Source of the DNA: Candidatus Aquilonibacter sp.
GTDB taxonomy: Bacteria; Verrucomicrobiota; Verrucomicrobiia; Limisphaerales; UBA11358
Direction: 5' to 3'
Length of the DNA stretch: 64,000 nt
NCBI GenBank assembly: GCA_035504945.1
Contig: DATJRH010000032.1
Span: 184,711-248,710, forward strand
Positions within the stretch are counted from its first letter, which is position 1. Each line of letters starts with the position of its first letter. Positions 8,899-17,575 of the stretch are shown here, one piece after another. Position numbers and translations under genes: made by a program. Under the pieces are notes generated by a model. The model made no database searches. It saw nothing but the letters and a program-made list of their open reading frames with translations, and was not told the origin of the DNA.

Positions 8899-8955
8899 CA
8901 GGCAATTAGTGAACATTTATTGCAATCGTTATAATCCGCCTGCCATGTCGTTCAC
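8899..8955 (+). promoter_or_regulatory. conserved leader element, copy 2
   Basis: CAGGC 8899, GTGAAC 8909, GCCTG 8938, GTTCAC 8950. The offsets of 10, 29 and 12 nt are the same as in copy 1. Confidence 0.4.
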
Positions 8956-8977
8956 GCCGCAAGGAAAGAAAATCAAT

Positions 8978-9358
8978 ATGAAAACGACCAGAACTATGGG
9001 CTGGGCGGGTTTCACGCTGGTGGAGATTATGATTGTTGTGGCCATCATTGGTTTGCTGGCCGCAATCGCCATCCCCAGCTTTATGCGCGCCCGCGCCACA
9101 TCACAGGCCAACGCCTGCATCAACAACCTGCGACAGATCGAAATGGCTGTCCAGCAGGTTGATTTCGCCAACGACTTGGGACCCGGAGCCATTGTCAATT
9201 ATCCCGACGATGTCAGTTCGTACATCAAGCTGAATAGCAACGGCCAAATTCCGGGCTGCCCCGCCGGCGGCAATTACAGCCTGCAACCGGTGGGCGTGAA
9301 TCCTCAAGCTCAGTGCAGCTTGGGCAACACGGTTAATCCGCCGCATGTGCTGCCGTGA
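8978..9358 (+). CDS. prepilin-type N-terminal cleavage/methylation domain protein (paralog of 8389..8760)
   Basis: Start set at ATG 8978 (MKTTRTMGWAG|FTLVEIMIVVAIIGLLAAIAIP), preceded by aaggaaag. The ORF-track N-terminal extension from 8831 covers the promoter and leader. Confidence 0.8.
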   Translation: MKTTRTMGWAGFTLVEIMIVVAIIGLLAAIAIPSFMRARATSQANACINNLRQIEMAVQQVDFANDLGPGAIVNYPDDVSSYIKLNSNGQIPGCPAGGNYSLQPVGVNPQAQCSLGNTVNPPHVLP

Positions 9359-9381
9359 AATAATTCACGGTCTTCGACAAA

Positions 9382-9419
9382 AGCCCGGGACAAAAGTTCC
9401 GGGCGTTTGTTTTATTTTT
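9382..9419 (+). terminator. rho-independent terminator
   Basis: GCCCGGGA-caaaag-TTCCGGGC followed by a T-rich tract gtttgttttatttttt. Confidence 0.75.
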
Positions 9420-9437
9420 TGGGTACGGCGGTTACAA

Positions 9438-9467
9438 TTGACGCGCGTTCCAGTTTTTATTTAGAAT
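9438..9467 (+). promoter_or_regulatory. sigma-70 type promoter candidate for the ABC operon
   Basis: TTGACG-N18-TAGAAT, about 20 nt upstream of ATG 9485. Confidence 0.45.
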
Positions 9468-9484
9468 GTTTTTGGAGAAACAGC

Positions 9485-10237
9485 ATGAGCGCCATTCTTA
9501 AATCCGAGAAGCTGCGCGTGGAATTCAAAAGCCGCGAATTCCGGCAGCCGGTCAAAGTCGCCTTGACTGGTCTTGATTTGGAGGTCCAAGCAGGCGAAGT
9601 TTTCGGGTTCCTCGGTCCAAACGGCGCGGGCAAAACGACCACCATGAACGTCCTGCTCGGTTTCATTCCGCCAACCAGCGGCACGGCCTATCTCTTCGGC
9701 ATTGACGTTCGCCAGCCCATCGCCCGCCAGCGTATCGGCTATTTGCCGGAAATGACCTACTACTACAAATTTCTCACCGCCGAGGAACTGCTCCGTTTCT
9801 ACGCAAAAATTTTCGGATTGGCGCGGGCCGAGGCGGACCAGCGCATTGATCAATTGCTCAAACTGGTCGAACTGGAACAGGCGCGCAAACGCACCATCAG
9901 ATCCTATTCCAAGGGCATGCAGCAGCGCGTCGGCCTTGCGCAGGCGCTCATCAACAATCCCGATTTGCTGATTTTGGACGAGCCGACCAGCGGCCTCGAT
10001 CCGCTCGGCCGCATGAAAGTCCGAGAAATCATCCAGCGCCTTAAGAACGAGGGCAAAACCGTTTTCTTTTCCTCGCATGAACTCGGCGAAGTTGAAACCG
10101 TGTGCGACCGCGTCGCTATCATCCACCAGGGTGAACTTAAAACCGTCGGGCGCGTGGACAAAATCATGGAAAGCTATCCGACCCTCGAAAAGGCGTTTCT
10201 GAACATTGTTGGCTATCAACCACAAACCGCGTCATGA
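9485..10237 (+). CDS. ABC transporter ATP-binding protein (ABC-2/CcmA-like)
   Basis: Walker A GPNGAGKTT, signature YSKGMQQR, Walker B LLILDEPTSGLD, H-loop SSHEL. Start set at ATG 9485. Confidence 0.9.
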   Translation: MSAILKSEKLRVEFKSREFRQPVKVALTGLDLEVQAGEVFGFLGPNGAGKTTTMNVLLGFIPPTSGTAYLFGIDVRQPIARQRIGYLPEMTYYYKFLTAEELLRFYAKIFGLARAEADQRIDQLLKLVELEQARKRTIRSYSKGMQQRVGLAQALINNPDLLILDEPTSGLDPLGRMKVREIIQRLKNEGKTVFFSSHELGEVETVCDRVAIIHQGELKTVGRVDKIMESYPTLEKAFLNIVGYQPQTAS

Positions 10238-11013
10238 AAACTATTTTTGCCATCGCCGGTGTTGTCATCATGGAACTTTACCGCCGCAAGGATTTTTACG
10301 TGTTGTTTGTGCTCACGGCGTTCATCACGCTGGCGGCAGGCTCGGTGCATTTTTTTCACGAGTCAAACATCGTGCGCTACGTCAAGGACCTTTGCCTTCT
10401 GTTGATTTGGATTTCAGCCTGGATTATCACCATCGCCACGACAGCGCGGCAAATTCCGATGGAACGCGAAAGCCGGACGATTTTCCCGCTGCTGGCCAAG
10501 CCGGTGACGCGCGGACAGATCATTCTTGGAAAATTCTTTGGCTGCTGGTTTGCCAGCGGCATTGCGCTGGTGGTTTTTTATTTGTTCTTCATCGTGGTCA
10601 CCGGCTCGCGCGAACATTACTGGCCGGTGCTGCAATACGTTCAGGCGATTTTGCTGCAATGGCTTATGCTGGGCTTGTTGACGGCCATGACGCTGCTGGG
10701 TTCAATTATTTTTGCTGCGCCATCCTCCACTGTGACCATCGTCTTCATCAGTGCTTTCAGTATTTGGTTCCTCGGCCCGCACCTGAATGTCATTGCCCTG
10801 CGCAATCCCGAACCTTTGCGCGACATCATTTACACGGCTTATTTTATCATTCCACATCTTGAATTATTTGATTTGCGCGAGCGGCTGGTTGGCGACTGGA
10901 GTGTGGTGCCTTGGAGCGCGTGTGGGCTGGCGGCGCTTTACGCGGCGGCTTACACGGGACTGTTTCTGCTGCTGGCGTGGCTGGGCTTCCGCCGCCAAAA
11001 CTTGAGCACTTGA
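10234..11013 (+). CDS. ABC-2 type transporter permease
   Basis: ATGA overlap with the ATPase stop. Polytopic hydrophobic protein of 259 aa. Confidence 0.7.
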   Translation: MKTIFAIAGVVIMELYRRKDFYVLFVLTAFITLAAGSVHFFHESNIVRYVKDLCLLLIWISAWIITIATTARQIPMERESRTIFPLLAKPVTRGQIILGKFFGCWFASGIALVVFYLFFIVVTGSREHYWPVLQYVQAILLQWLMLGLLTAMTLLGSIIFAAPSSTVTIVFISAFSIWFLGPHLNVIALRNPEPLRDIIYTAYFIIPHLELFDLRERLVGDWSVVPWSACGLAALYAAAYTGLFLLLAWLGFRRQNLST

Positions 11014-11906
11014 TGAAAAAGGTATCGCCTTATTGTTGGCTGGCACTGTTGCTGGCGGCGTGTTTCACGCTGGCAACGCTGTTTGTGCCGCGCGCCACAA
11101 ATTGGAACGGCAATTCCGGTTCAGAAAATGCCTTTCAGATGTTGCTGGGCAACGGTCGGAAATTATTCGCCAACGAGTGCTTCGTAATGGCCGATGTTTA
11201 TTTTCACAGCGGCTTTTATCCATCTATTTTCGACCAGCAGGAAGTAGACCGTGACGTCGCCGACCCGGCGAATGGAGGGGTGGACGACGCGGATCCCAAC
11301 GAGGATTATCGCGGAAAACCCAAAGATTGGATTGATCGTTTGGGCCGCAATTTTGCTCCCAACCGTCATACCCACTTGAGTCAAGGCGGCGCTTCAGGAA
11401 ACATGAAATCGTCCTCCGTGGAAGAAATCTTGCCGTGGTTGAAACTCGCCGCGGACATGAACCCGCAAATGATCGAAACTTACACCGTCGGCGCTTATTG
11501 GTTGAACACCGATATGCACCAGCCGCAAAAAGCGGTGGATTTTCTGCGCACAGGCTGGAAAAATAATCCCGACAGCTACGAAATTCTTTTCGCGTTGGGC
11601 CAGGTCTATTACGAAGATTATCACGACAACAATCGTGCCCGGAATGTCTGGGAACTCGCCGCCAAAAAATGGAGGCAACTCGACGCCGGGGAAAAAACAA
11701 AAACGGAAAACAAACTCATCTTTGAGCGAATCACCACGCATCTTGCCAAACTGGAAGAGGGTGCCGGCAACTGGCAAAAAGCCATAAACTGGTATCGCGC
11801 CGCGCAAACAGTTTCCGAAACTCCCGAAGCCGTCCAACAGCAGATTGACGAAGTCGAAAAGAAAATGGCCGGGCAACCGGCGGCGACAAACAATCCGGCG
11901 CATTAA
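11013..11906 (+). CDS. membrane-anchored TPR-like repeat protein
   Basis: TGATG overlap with the permease stop. N-terminal TM segment (YCWLALLLAACFTLATLF) and TPR-like helices (YEILFALGQVYYEDYHDNNRARNVWELAAKKW). Confidence 0.55.
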   Translation: MKKVSPYCWLALLLAACFTLATLFVPRATNWNGNSGSENAFQMLLGNGRKLFANECFVMADVYFHSGFYPSIFDQQEVDRDVADPANGGVDDADPNEDYRGKPKDWIDRLGRNFAPNRHTHLSQGGASGNMKSSSVEEILPWLKLAADMNPQMIETYTVGAYWLNTDMHQPQKAVDFLRTGWKNNPDSYEILFALGQVYYEDYHDNNRARNVWELAAKKWRQLDAGEKTKTENKLIFERITTHLAKLEEGAGNWQKAINWYRAAQTVSETPEAVQQQIDEVEKKMAGQPAATNNPAH

Positions 11907-11951
11907 GTTTGCGCTTTGTTTTTCCCGCCGCAGTTTGCTTTAATCGCTGCC

Positions 11952-12614
11952 ATGAAACCTCGGCAGGCCAAAATGAAACGCCGCACGCTTGAAACCAGAA
12001 TTTCCGTCGGCCTCAACCTCGACGGCAAAGGCAAATCTTCCGTCAAAACCGGAATCCCGTTTTTCGACCACATGCTCGCGCTGTTTGCCAAACATGCCGT
12101 CATGGATTTGCAATTGAAATGCGACGGCGACCTCGTAGTGGACGCGCACCACACCGTCGAAGACTGCGGCTTGGCACTCGGACAAGCCTTCGCCGCCGCA
12201 CTCGGCGACAAGCGCGGCATCCGCCGTTACGGTTTCGGCTTTCATCCAAAAAATCCATTTACCGGCGAAACCTATGTGCCGATGGACGAATGTCTCGCGC
12301 GCTGCGTTATTGATTTCGGCGGACGACCGCACCTCGTCTGGCGCGGGCTGGACAAATTTTCGCAAAAGAAAATTTCCGCCGCCGAAAAAAATCAGGACGC
12401 CTCCAGCGCGTTCCGTTTCGGCCTCGCGCGCGAATTTTTTCAGGCCTTCACGAACGAAGCCCGCTGCAATCTGCACCTTGAATTGCTTTACGGCGACGAG
12501 CCGCATCACATCGTCGAGGCGCTCTTCAAGGCGTTCGCCCGCGCCGTGGATGCCGCCTGCCGACGCGATCCGCGCATCGCCGGCCACCTGCCGAGCACGA
12601 AGGGAAAACTTTAA
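11952..12614 (+). CDS. hisB: imidazoleglycerol-phosphate dehydratase
   Basis: GIPFFDHML..FAKH, DAHHTVEDCGLALGQA and EPHHIVEALFKAFARA are IGPD signature blocks. The start could be ATG 11952 or 11973. Confidence 0.9.
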   Translation: MKPRQAKMKRRTLETRISVGLNLDGKGKSSVKTGIPFFDHMLALFAKHAVMDLQLKCDGDLVVDAHHTVEDCGLALGQAFAAALGDKRGIRRYGFGFHPKNPFTGETYVPMDECLARCVIDFGGRPHLVWRGLDKFSQKKISAAEKNQDASSAFRFGLAREFFQAFTNEARCNLHLELLYGDEPHHIVEALFKAFARAVDAACRRDPRIAGHLPSTKGKL

Positions 12615-12622
12615 ATCGGGTT

Positions 12623-12647
12623 TGAATAAAACTGTCACCGCGCCGTC
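12623..12647 (+). promoter_or_regulatory. ECF-type promoter candidate (TGAAT-N16-CGTC), possibly leaderless
   Basis: AAT-N16-CGTC ends 6 nt before ATG 12654. Confidence 0.3.
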
Positions 12648-12653
12648 CAATCC

Positions 12654-13247
12654 ATGAGTGGCAAAGATTTCACCAACGCCACCGATTTCGCGCTGGTGAA
12701 GCTGGCGCGGCGCGGCAACTTGAAGGCTTTTGAAGAATTGGTTGCCCGCCACCGCGACAAGATTTACGCGCGTGCCGTCAGCATGGTGCGCAACGAGGAC
12801 GACGCAATTGATCTTTCCCAAGAAGCGTGGGTGAAAGGCTGGCAGCGGCTGAAACAATTCCAAGGTGAATCAAGTTTCGCCACTTGGATGACACGCATCG
12901 TCATCAATCTGTGCCTCGACCAGTTGCGCCGGCAAAAACGGCATCGCGTCGAATCCATTCAGGAAATGGATGACGAAAGCGGAGGCGCGGAACGGCAGAT
13001 GCCCGTTGTAACCGTCAATCCAACGGAGCGTCTGGAACGGAGTGAACTGCGGAACGTGATTGACGTCGCGCTCGGCAAATTGTCGGCGGAACACCGGACG
13101 GTTTTGGTGCTGCATGAATTTGAAGAAATGGAGTATAAGGAAATCGCCAAAACGGTGGGCTGTTCCATCGGCACGGTGATGTCGCGGTTGTTTTACGCCC
13201 GGCGGAAAATGGCCGCGCTGCTGGCGGAATTGAAAAAAGAAAAATGA
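12654..13247 (+). CDS. RNA polymerase sigma-70 factor, ECF subfamily
   Basis: Region 2 (DAIDLSQEAWVKGW) and region 4 HTH (YKEIAKTVGCSIGTVMSRLFYARRKM). Confidence 0.9.
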   Translation: MSGKDFTNATDFALVKLARRGNLKAFEELVARHRDKIYARAVSMVRNEDDAIDLSQEAWVKGWQRLKQFQGESSFATWMTRIVINLCLDQLRRQKRHRVESIQEMDDESGGAERQMPVVTVNPTERLERSELRNVIDVALGKLSAEHRTVLVLHEFEEMEYKEIAKTVGCSIGTVMSRLFYARRKMAALLAELKKEK

Positions 13248-13762
13248 ACGAAGAGCAACAATTGAAATTGCAGGCGCTTCTCGACAGCGAATTGCCGGAG
13301 CGCGAAGCGCGCGAAATTCTCGCCTGGACGCAGCGCGATACCGCGGCCGCCGCGTTGCTGACGGAACTGCGAAACACGCGGCAGGCGATTTCAAAATTTG
13401 AAACTCATCCAACTATTCCTGAATCGCGCGAATTTTACTGGTCAAAAATCGAACGCGGGATTCAACGGCTGGAAGCGGTGCCAACGCGCGCATCCGAGGC
13501 TTCTATTTTCTTCCGTCTGCGCCGCCTGTTGCTGCCTTCCACTGTCGTCGCCGTCGGGCTTGTCATCACAGGGCTGGTCGAGTATTCAAGAATGGGGACG
13601 GCGAGTGCCATGGACGATTCCGACGCACCCACTGTGGAGGCCATGGCGGATTCTGACGCGACAACTTATCAGGACAAAGCGGACGGCACGACGCTGGTGT
13701 GGTTTTCTGTTCCGGAGGACAGTCAGTCCACGCCGGCAAAAGCGCCGGGCGTGGCTAATTAA
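13244..13762 (+). CDS. putative anti-sigma factor (single-pass membrane)
   Basis: ATGA overlap with the sigma stop. N-terminal anti-sigma-like helix (LQALLDSELPEREAREI) and one TM segment (LLLPSTVVAVGLVITGLV). Confidence 0.55.
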   Translation: MNEEQQLKLQALLDSELPEREAREILAWTQRDTAAAALLTELRNTRQAISKFETHPTIPESREFYWSKIERGIQRLEAVPTRASEASIFFRLRRLLLPSTVVAVGLVITGLVEYSRMGTASAMDDSDAPTVEAMADSDATTYQDKADGTTLVWFSVPEDSQSTPAKAPGVAN

Positions 13763-13763
13763 A

Positions 13764-14219
13764 ATGAGAACAACCTTGTTTTCAAAGGCCGGACTGTTTT
13801 GCACAGCGATGATTTTTCTTCTGCTGTCAGGCGTAAGCGCGCGTGCCGCCGCGGGCGATTTGAAACTTGAAGCGCAGTTGATTTTAGGCTCCGACGATGC
13901 GAAATCCAAGAATGGACTCAAGCCGGTGGCCTCGGACATCGAGAAAAAATTAAAAAAACTTCCGCTCAAATGGAGCCACTACTACGTCATAAGCGCGAAA
14001 AGTTTCACCGTGGCAAAAGGCGACGCCAAGAAGGCTGCGTTGAGCAAGCAATGCCAAATTTCCGTCAAAAACCTCGGCGACCAGCGCGTGGAACTGACGC
14101 TCGCCAGCAACGGCCAGAACATCGGCAACATCACCCAATCGCTGCATAAGGGGCAAACGCTCGTGGCGGGCGGCGACGCCGACAATACCATCGTCGTGCT
14201 GCGGCAGGCGGATAAATAA
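13764..14219 (+). CDS. secreted hypothetical protein
   Basis: ATG 13764 lies 2 nt after the upstream stop. Signal peptide MRTTLFSKAGLFCTAMIFLLLSGVSARA. No recognisable domain. Confidence 0.5.
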   Translation: MRTTLFSKAGLFCTAMIFLLLSGVSARAAAGDLKLEAQLILGSDDAKSKNGLKPVASDIEKKLKKLPLKWSHYYVISAKSFTVAKGDAKKAALSKQCQISVKNLGDQRVELTLASNGQNIGNITQSLHKGQTLVAGGDADNTIVVLRQADK

Positions 14220-14249
14220 ATAGCTTTGTTAAAAGGCGAACAGACTCGC

Positions 14250-14298
14250 AAATAATAAAAACGCCCCGCAGTTTCCCGCGAGGCGTTTTGTGTTTTTG
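14250..14298. terminator. bidirectional rho-independent terminator between convergent genes
   Basis: AACGCCCCGC-agtttcc-GCGAGGCGTT (9 of 10 bp paired), flanked by an A-run upstream and TTGTGTTTTT downstream. Confidence 0.7.
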
Positions 14299-14307
14299 GA
14301 ATTCAAC

Positions 14308-16278
14308 TCAAGCGCCGACGCTCGCCAGTTCTTCGTTGTTCTCGACATTCACGATCTTGAACTGCTCGGCGTGCATCCCGGTGTCGGCGCGGAATGACAA
14401 TTTGCCGAAATAACGTTTCTCCATTTCGATGAGATGCTTTTCGTCCTCGGTGCGGAGCCGGTCCAGCACGGTCGGATGGACGACGATGCGCAATTGAAAA
14501 TCTGATTCGTCGCGCGTCCGCTTCTTCAAAATTTCCTGAAGCTTTCGCTGAATTTCGACGCTCATGGTCACGACACTTTTCACCTTGCCGCGGCCTTTGC
14601 AATACGGGCAGTCGTCATAAACGGCGGAGCGGACGCTTTCGCTATGGCGCTGGCGCGTCATTTCCATGAGGCCGAGTTGCGAAATCGGCAGGATGTGCGT
14701 CTTGGCCTTGTCGCGACGCAGGCCGTCCTTCATGCGCTGATAAACCTGTTGCTGGTCGCGCCGGCCCTTCATGTCAATGAAGTCGAGCACGATAAGGCCG
14801 CCCATGTTGCGCAGGCGCAATTGCCGGGTGATTTCCTCGGCGGCTTCAAGGTTCACCTTGAGAATCGTCGCCTCCTGATCGCGGCTGCCCTTGTGGCGGC
14901 CGGTGTTCACGTCAATCGCCACGAGCGCCTCGGTTTCATCAATGACGATGTAACCGCCGCTCTTCAAATGCACCTGCCGCGAAAATGTGTTTTCCAACTG
15001 CTTGGAAATGTTGAAGCGGTCGAAGACGGATTGGGCTTCGCCGTAGAAGATGATTTTTTTCGCCGCGCGCGGGGAGATTTTTGAAATCATCTCGCGCATC
15101 CGGTCATGGGCCTTTTGATTGTCCACGACGATGCGCTCGACGTCTTCAGTAAGAAAATCACGCACGGTGCGCTCAATCAAATCCGGCTCCTGAAACACGC
15201 ACGTGGCCGGCGGCTGATTTTTAATTTTTTCCGAAACGCCGCGCCATTCTTCGAGCAACAACGCGAGATCGCGGACAAAATAGCGTTTCTGCTGGCCTTC
15301 GCCGGCGGTGCGCATGATGACGCCCATGCCATCGGGAATGGAAAGTTCGCGCAGGATTTTTTTCAAGCGCTTGCGCTCTTCCTGATTTTCAATTTTGCGC
15401 GAGATGCCGGATTGGTCCGAGTTCGGCAGCAACACGAGATAACGTCCGGGCAAAACGAGATTGGTCGTGATGCGCGGGCCTTTGGTGCCAATCGGACCCT
15501 TGGTGACTTGAACGATGATTTCGCTGCCGGGCGGATAAAGCCGTGGAATGTCCTTTTGCGTGATTTTCGGCTTGTCGCGCCGCCGGCCCTCGCGCTCGAC
15601 AATTTCCACGCCGCTGTCGAACTGGTTCGGCACGATGTCCCAATAATGCAGGAACGCATTTTTCTCGAAGCCGATGTCCACGAACGCGGCCTTCAGACCG
15701 TCTTCAAGATTGCGGACTTTGCCCTTGAAAATGCTGCCGACGAGCCGTTCTTCGGTGGTGCGTTCGATGTTGAATTCCTCGAGTTTTCCGTCCTCGGTCA
15801 CGGCGACACGCGTTTCAAGCGTTTCGGCATTGATGATAACTTCCTTGTGGATTTTCTTTTCCGGCCGGATCAGCTTCTGGACTTTTTTTACGAGCGTGGT
15901 CGCGGCATTTTTGATGGAATCCAGAATGCCCCTGGACGGCTGATGAATTTCCACGGGCTGAAATTCCTTTTCCTCCCGCACTTCGGGGGGAATTTCCGCG
16001 TGCGGCTCGCGGAAATCTTTTTTGTCGGGAATCGCCGCCGGCGTTGGCGGCGCGGATTCCTGCGCGCTATCCGGCGGCAGGCCGGCGGCGATGTTTTCCG
16101 CGCGTTCGATTTCGTGCGTGTGGCGTTTTTCAAAAACGTGCTCGTTGCCGCCTTGTTCCGCGACGACGTCGGCGCGCGCCTGCGTCGCGTCGCGGTCGGG
16201 CTTTTGTGGGTTTGGGCCGAGACCACCTTTGGGGCGGAATCTCATTCCACGGCGGCGCCGGGAAAAATTGTTGCTCAT
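14308..16278 (-). CDS. rng: ribonuclease E/G family protein with long N-terminal extension
   Basis: S1 domain (GSIFKGKVRNLEDGLKAAFVDIG) and catalytic core blocks (IVIDETEALVAIDVNTG, GGLIVLDFIDM). It is the terminal gene after mre/rodA, as rng is in the E. coli mre locus. Confidence 0.85.
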   Translation of the reverse strand: MSNNFSRRRRGMRFRPKGGLGPNPQKPDRDATQARADVVAEQGGNEHVFEKRHTHEIERAENIAAGLPPDSAQESAPPTPAAIPDKKDFREPHAEIPPEVREEKEFQPVEIHQPSRGILDSIKNAATTLVKKVQKLIRPEKKIHKEVIINAETLETRVAVTEDGKLEEFNIERTTEERLVGSIFKGKVRNLEDGLKAAFVDIGFEKNAFLHYWDIVPNQFDSGVEIVEREGRRRDKPKITQKDIPRLYPPGSEIIVQVTKGPIGTKGPRITTNLVLPGRYLVLLPNSDQSGISRKIENQEERKRLKKILRELSIPDGMGVIMRTAGEGQQKRYFVRDLALLLEEWRGVSEKIKNQPPATCVFQEPDLIERTVRDFLTEDVERIVVDNQKAHDRMREMISKISPRAAKKIIFYGEAQSVFDRFNISKQLENTFSRQVHLKSGGYIVIDETEALVAIDVNTGRHKGSRDQEATILKVNLEAAEEITRQLRLRNMGGLIVLDFIDMKGRRDQQQVYQRMKDGLRRDKAKTHILPISQLGLMEMTRQRHSESVRSAVYDDCPYCKGRGKVKSVVTMSVEIQRKLQEILKKRTRDESDFQLRIVVHPTVLDRLRTEDEKHLIEMEKRYFGKLSFRADTGMHAEQFKIVNVENNEELASVGA

Positions 16279-16279
16279 A

Positions 16280-17491
16280 TCAGTATCCTCTTCTGTTAAT
16301 GTGGACGTTTTGCATCAGACCCAGCGCGATCAGCGAGCACAGCACTGAAGATCCGCCGTAACTTAACAGCGGCAGCGGAATGCCCGTAACCGGGACGATG
16401 CGAATGTTCATGCCGATATTGATAAACACATGGCTGAAGATGAGCGTCACGACGCCCACCGCCACGAGTTTGCCCAGGCGATCGCGCGCCTGGCCGGCGA
16501 TTCTCAATCCGGTAAAGAGAATCACCGCATACAGCGCCAGCACCACAAGGGAGCCGGCGAATCCTTCCTCCTCGGCAATGACGGAGAAAATGAAATCATT
16601 GTGCGCCGCGCCCGGCGGCAAAAATCCCAGCGCCGTCTGGCTGCCCTGCCGCCAGCCCTTGCCCCACAAACCGCCGGAACCGATTGAAATCAGTGCCTGC
16701 GTAACTTGATAGGAGCGCTCAAATTCCTCGCGGCGCGCGTCGGCCTTTTGCTCCGGCGTCGCGTTCGCGCCCGCAAAGCTTGCGCCGAAATAAACCAGCA
16801 GCCGTTGCCGTTGATACTCCTGCATCGGAATTTGCAGCGCGCGCGGCGCAAACAAAACGTCCGCCAGGAACAGCACACTCACGATGCCCACGCCCGCGCC
16901 GAGCTTGAGCAAATATCTTTTCGGCGTGCCGGCGGCGAACATCATCACCACGCCGGTCGGCACCAGCACCAGCGCCGACCCCAAATCCGGCTCTTTCAAA
17001 ATCAGGACGAACGGCAGCAGCATCAGCCCGATGCCTTTCCAAAAAATCGCGCGCTGTCTCAATTCATCCGGCGGGCGGCTCAAGAAATTTGCCGCCGCGA
17101 GAATGAAGGCGAGTTTCGCAAATTCACTCGGCTGAAATTGAAAGACCTTGAAGTCAAACCAGCGTCGCGCGCCGTTGTGGATGGAGCCGAGGTGCGGAAT
17201 CAAAACCGCGATGAGGCAAAAAATCGTCGCCCAATAAATGACAAACGACCAGCGTGCCAGCACGTGGTAGTCCGTCAGGCAAATCGCCGCCGCCGCGCCA
17301 AGACCGAGCGCATACCAGACGATTTGCCGGAGCCAGAGTTGATCGAACCACGGCAACGATGAGGGCTCATTGGCCATCGTCGCACTGAACACGAACGCCG
17401 TGCCCAGAAACATCAGGCCGGCCAGCGCAAGCAATTGCAGCTTGTCCAGCTTGCCGCCATGTTCGTTGATGGAGGGATCAACCATTTTCAA
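16280..17491 (-). CDS. rodA: rod shape-determining protein RodA (SEDS family)
   Basis: FtsW/RodA/SpoVE blocks (NGARRWF, QPSEFAKL, TGIPLPLLSYGGSS). Directly downstream of PBP2. Confidence 0.9.
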   Translation of the reverse strand: MKMVDPSINEHGGKLDKLQLLALAGLMFLGTAFVFSATMANEPSSLPWFDQLWLRQIVWYALGLGAAAAICLTDYHVLARWSFVIYWATIFCLIAVLIPHLGSIHNGARRWFDFKVFQFQPSEFAKLAFILAAANFLSRPPDELRQRAIFWKGIGLMLLPFVLILKEPDLGSALVLVPTGVVMMFAAGTPKRYLLKLGAGVGIVSVLFLADVLFAPRALQIPMQEYQRQRLLVYFGASFAGANATPEQKADARREEFERSYQVTQALISIGSGGLWGKGWRQGSQTALGFLPPGAAHNDFIFSVIAEEEGFAGSLVVLALYAVILFTGLRIAGQARDRLGKLVAVGVVTLIFSHVFINIGMNIRIVPVTGIPLPLLSYGGSSVLCSLIALGLMQNVHINRRGY

Positions 17492-17499
17492 AAATTTTT

Positions 17500-17575
17500 A
17501 GCGCAAAGGCGCAGAGGCGCAGAGCGCGCAAAGGAAAATAATTTTCTTTGCGTCTTCGTTTCTTTGCGTCTTTCC
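17500..17575. repeat. array of CGCARAG heptamers in inverted arrangement within the mrdA-rodA spacer
   Basis: The plus strand reads GCGCAAAGG CGCAGAGG CGCAGAG CGCGCAAAGG AAAATAATTTTC TTTGCGTC TTCGTTT CTTTGCGTC. The core is a hairpin GCAAAGGAAAA/TTTTC-TTTGC. Confidence 0.5.

Noticed and set aside
8831-8977. N-terminal extensions of ORF-track entries. Examples: 8831 for pseudopilin 2, 24934 for the kinase, 45330-45539 for MoaD-like, 10911 for the TPR protein, 13398 for the secreted protein.
   Set aside because: The extensions overlap upstream genes, promoters or leaders and lack signal-peptide logic. Internal ATGs give canonical N-termini (class III signal peptide, TM helix, 4-nt overlaps).
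17500-17575. Possible CRISPR array or mobile-element repeat in the mrdA-rodA spacer.
   Set aside because: The units are only 7-9 nt, contiguous and partly inverted. There are no spacers of unique sequence and no cas or transposase genes. It is reported only as a structured repeat.
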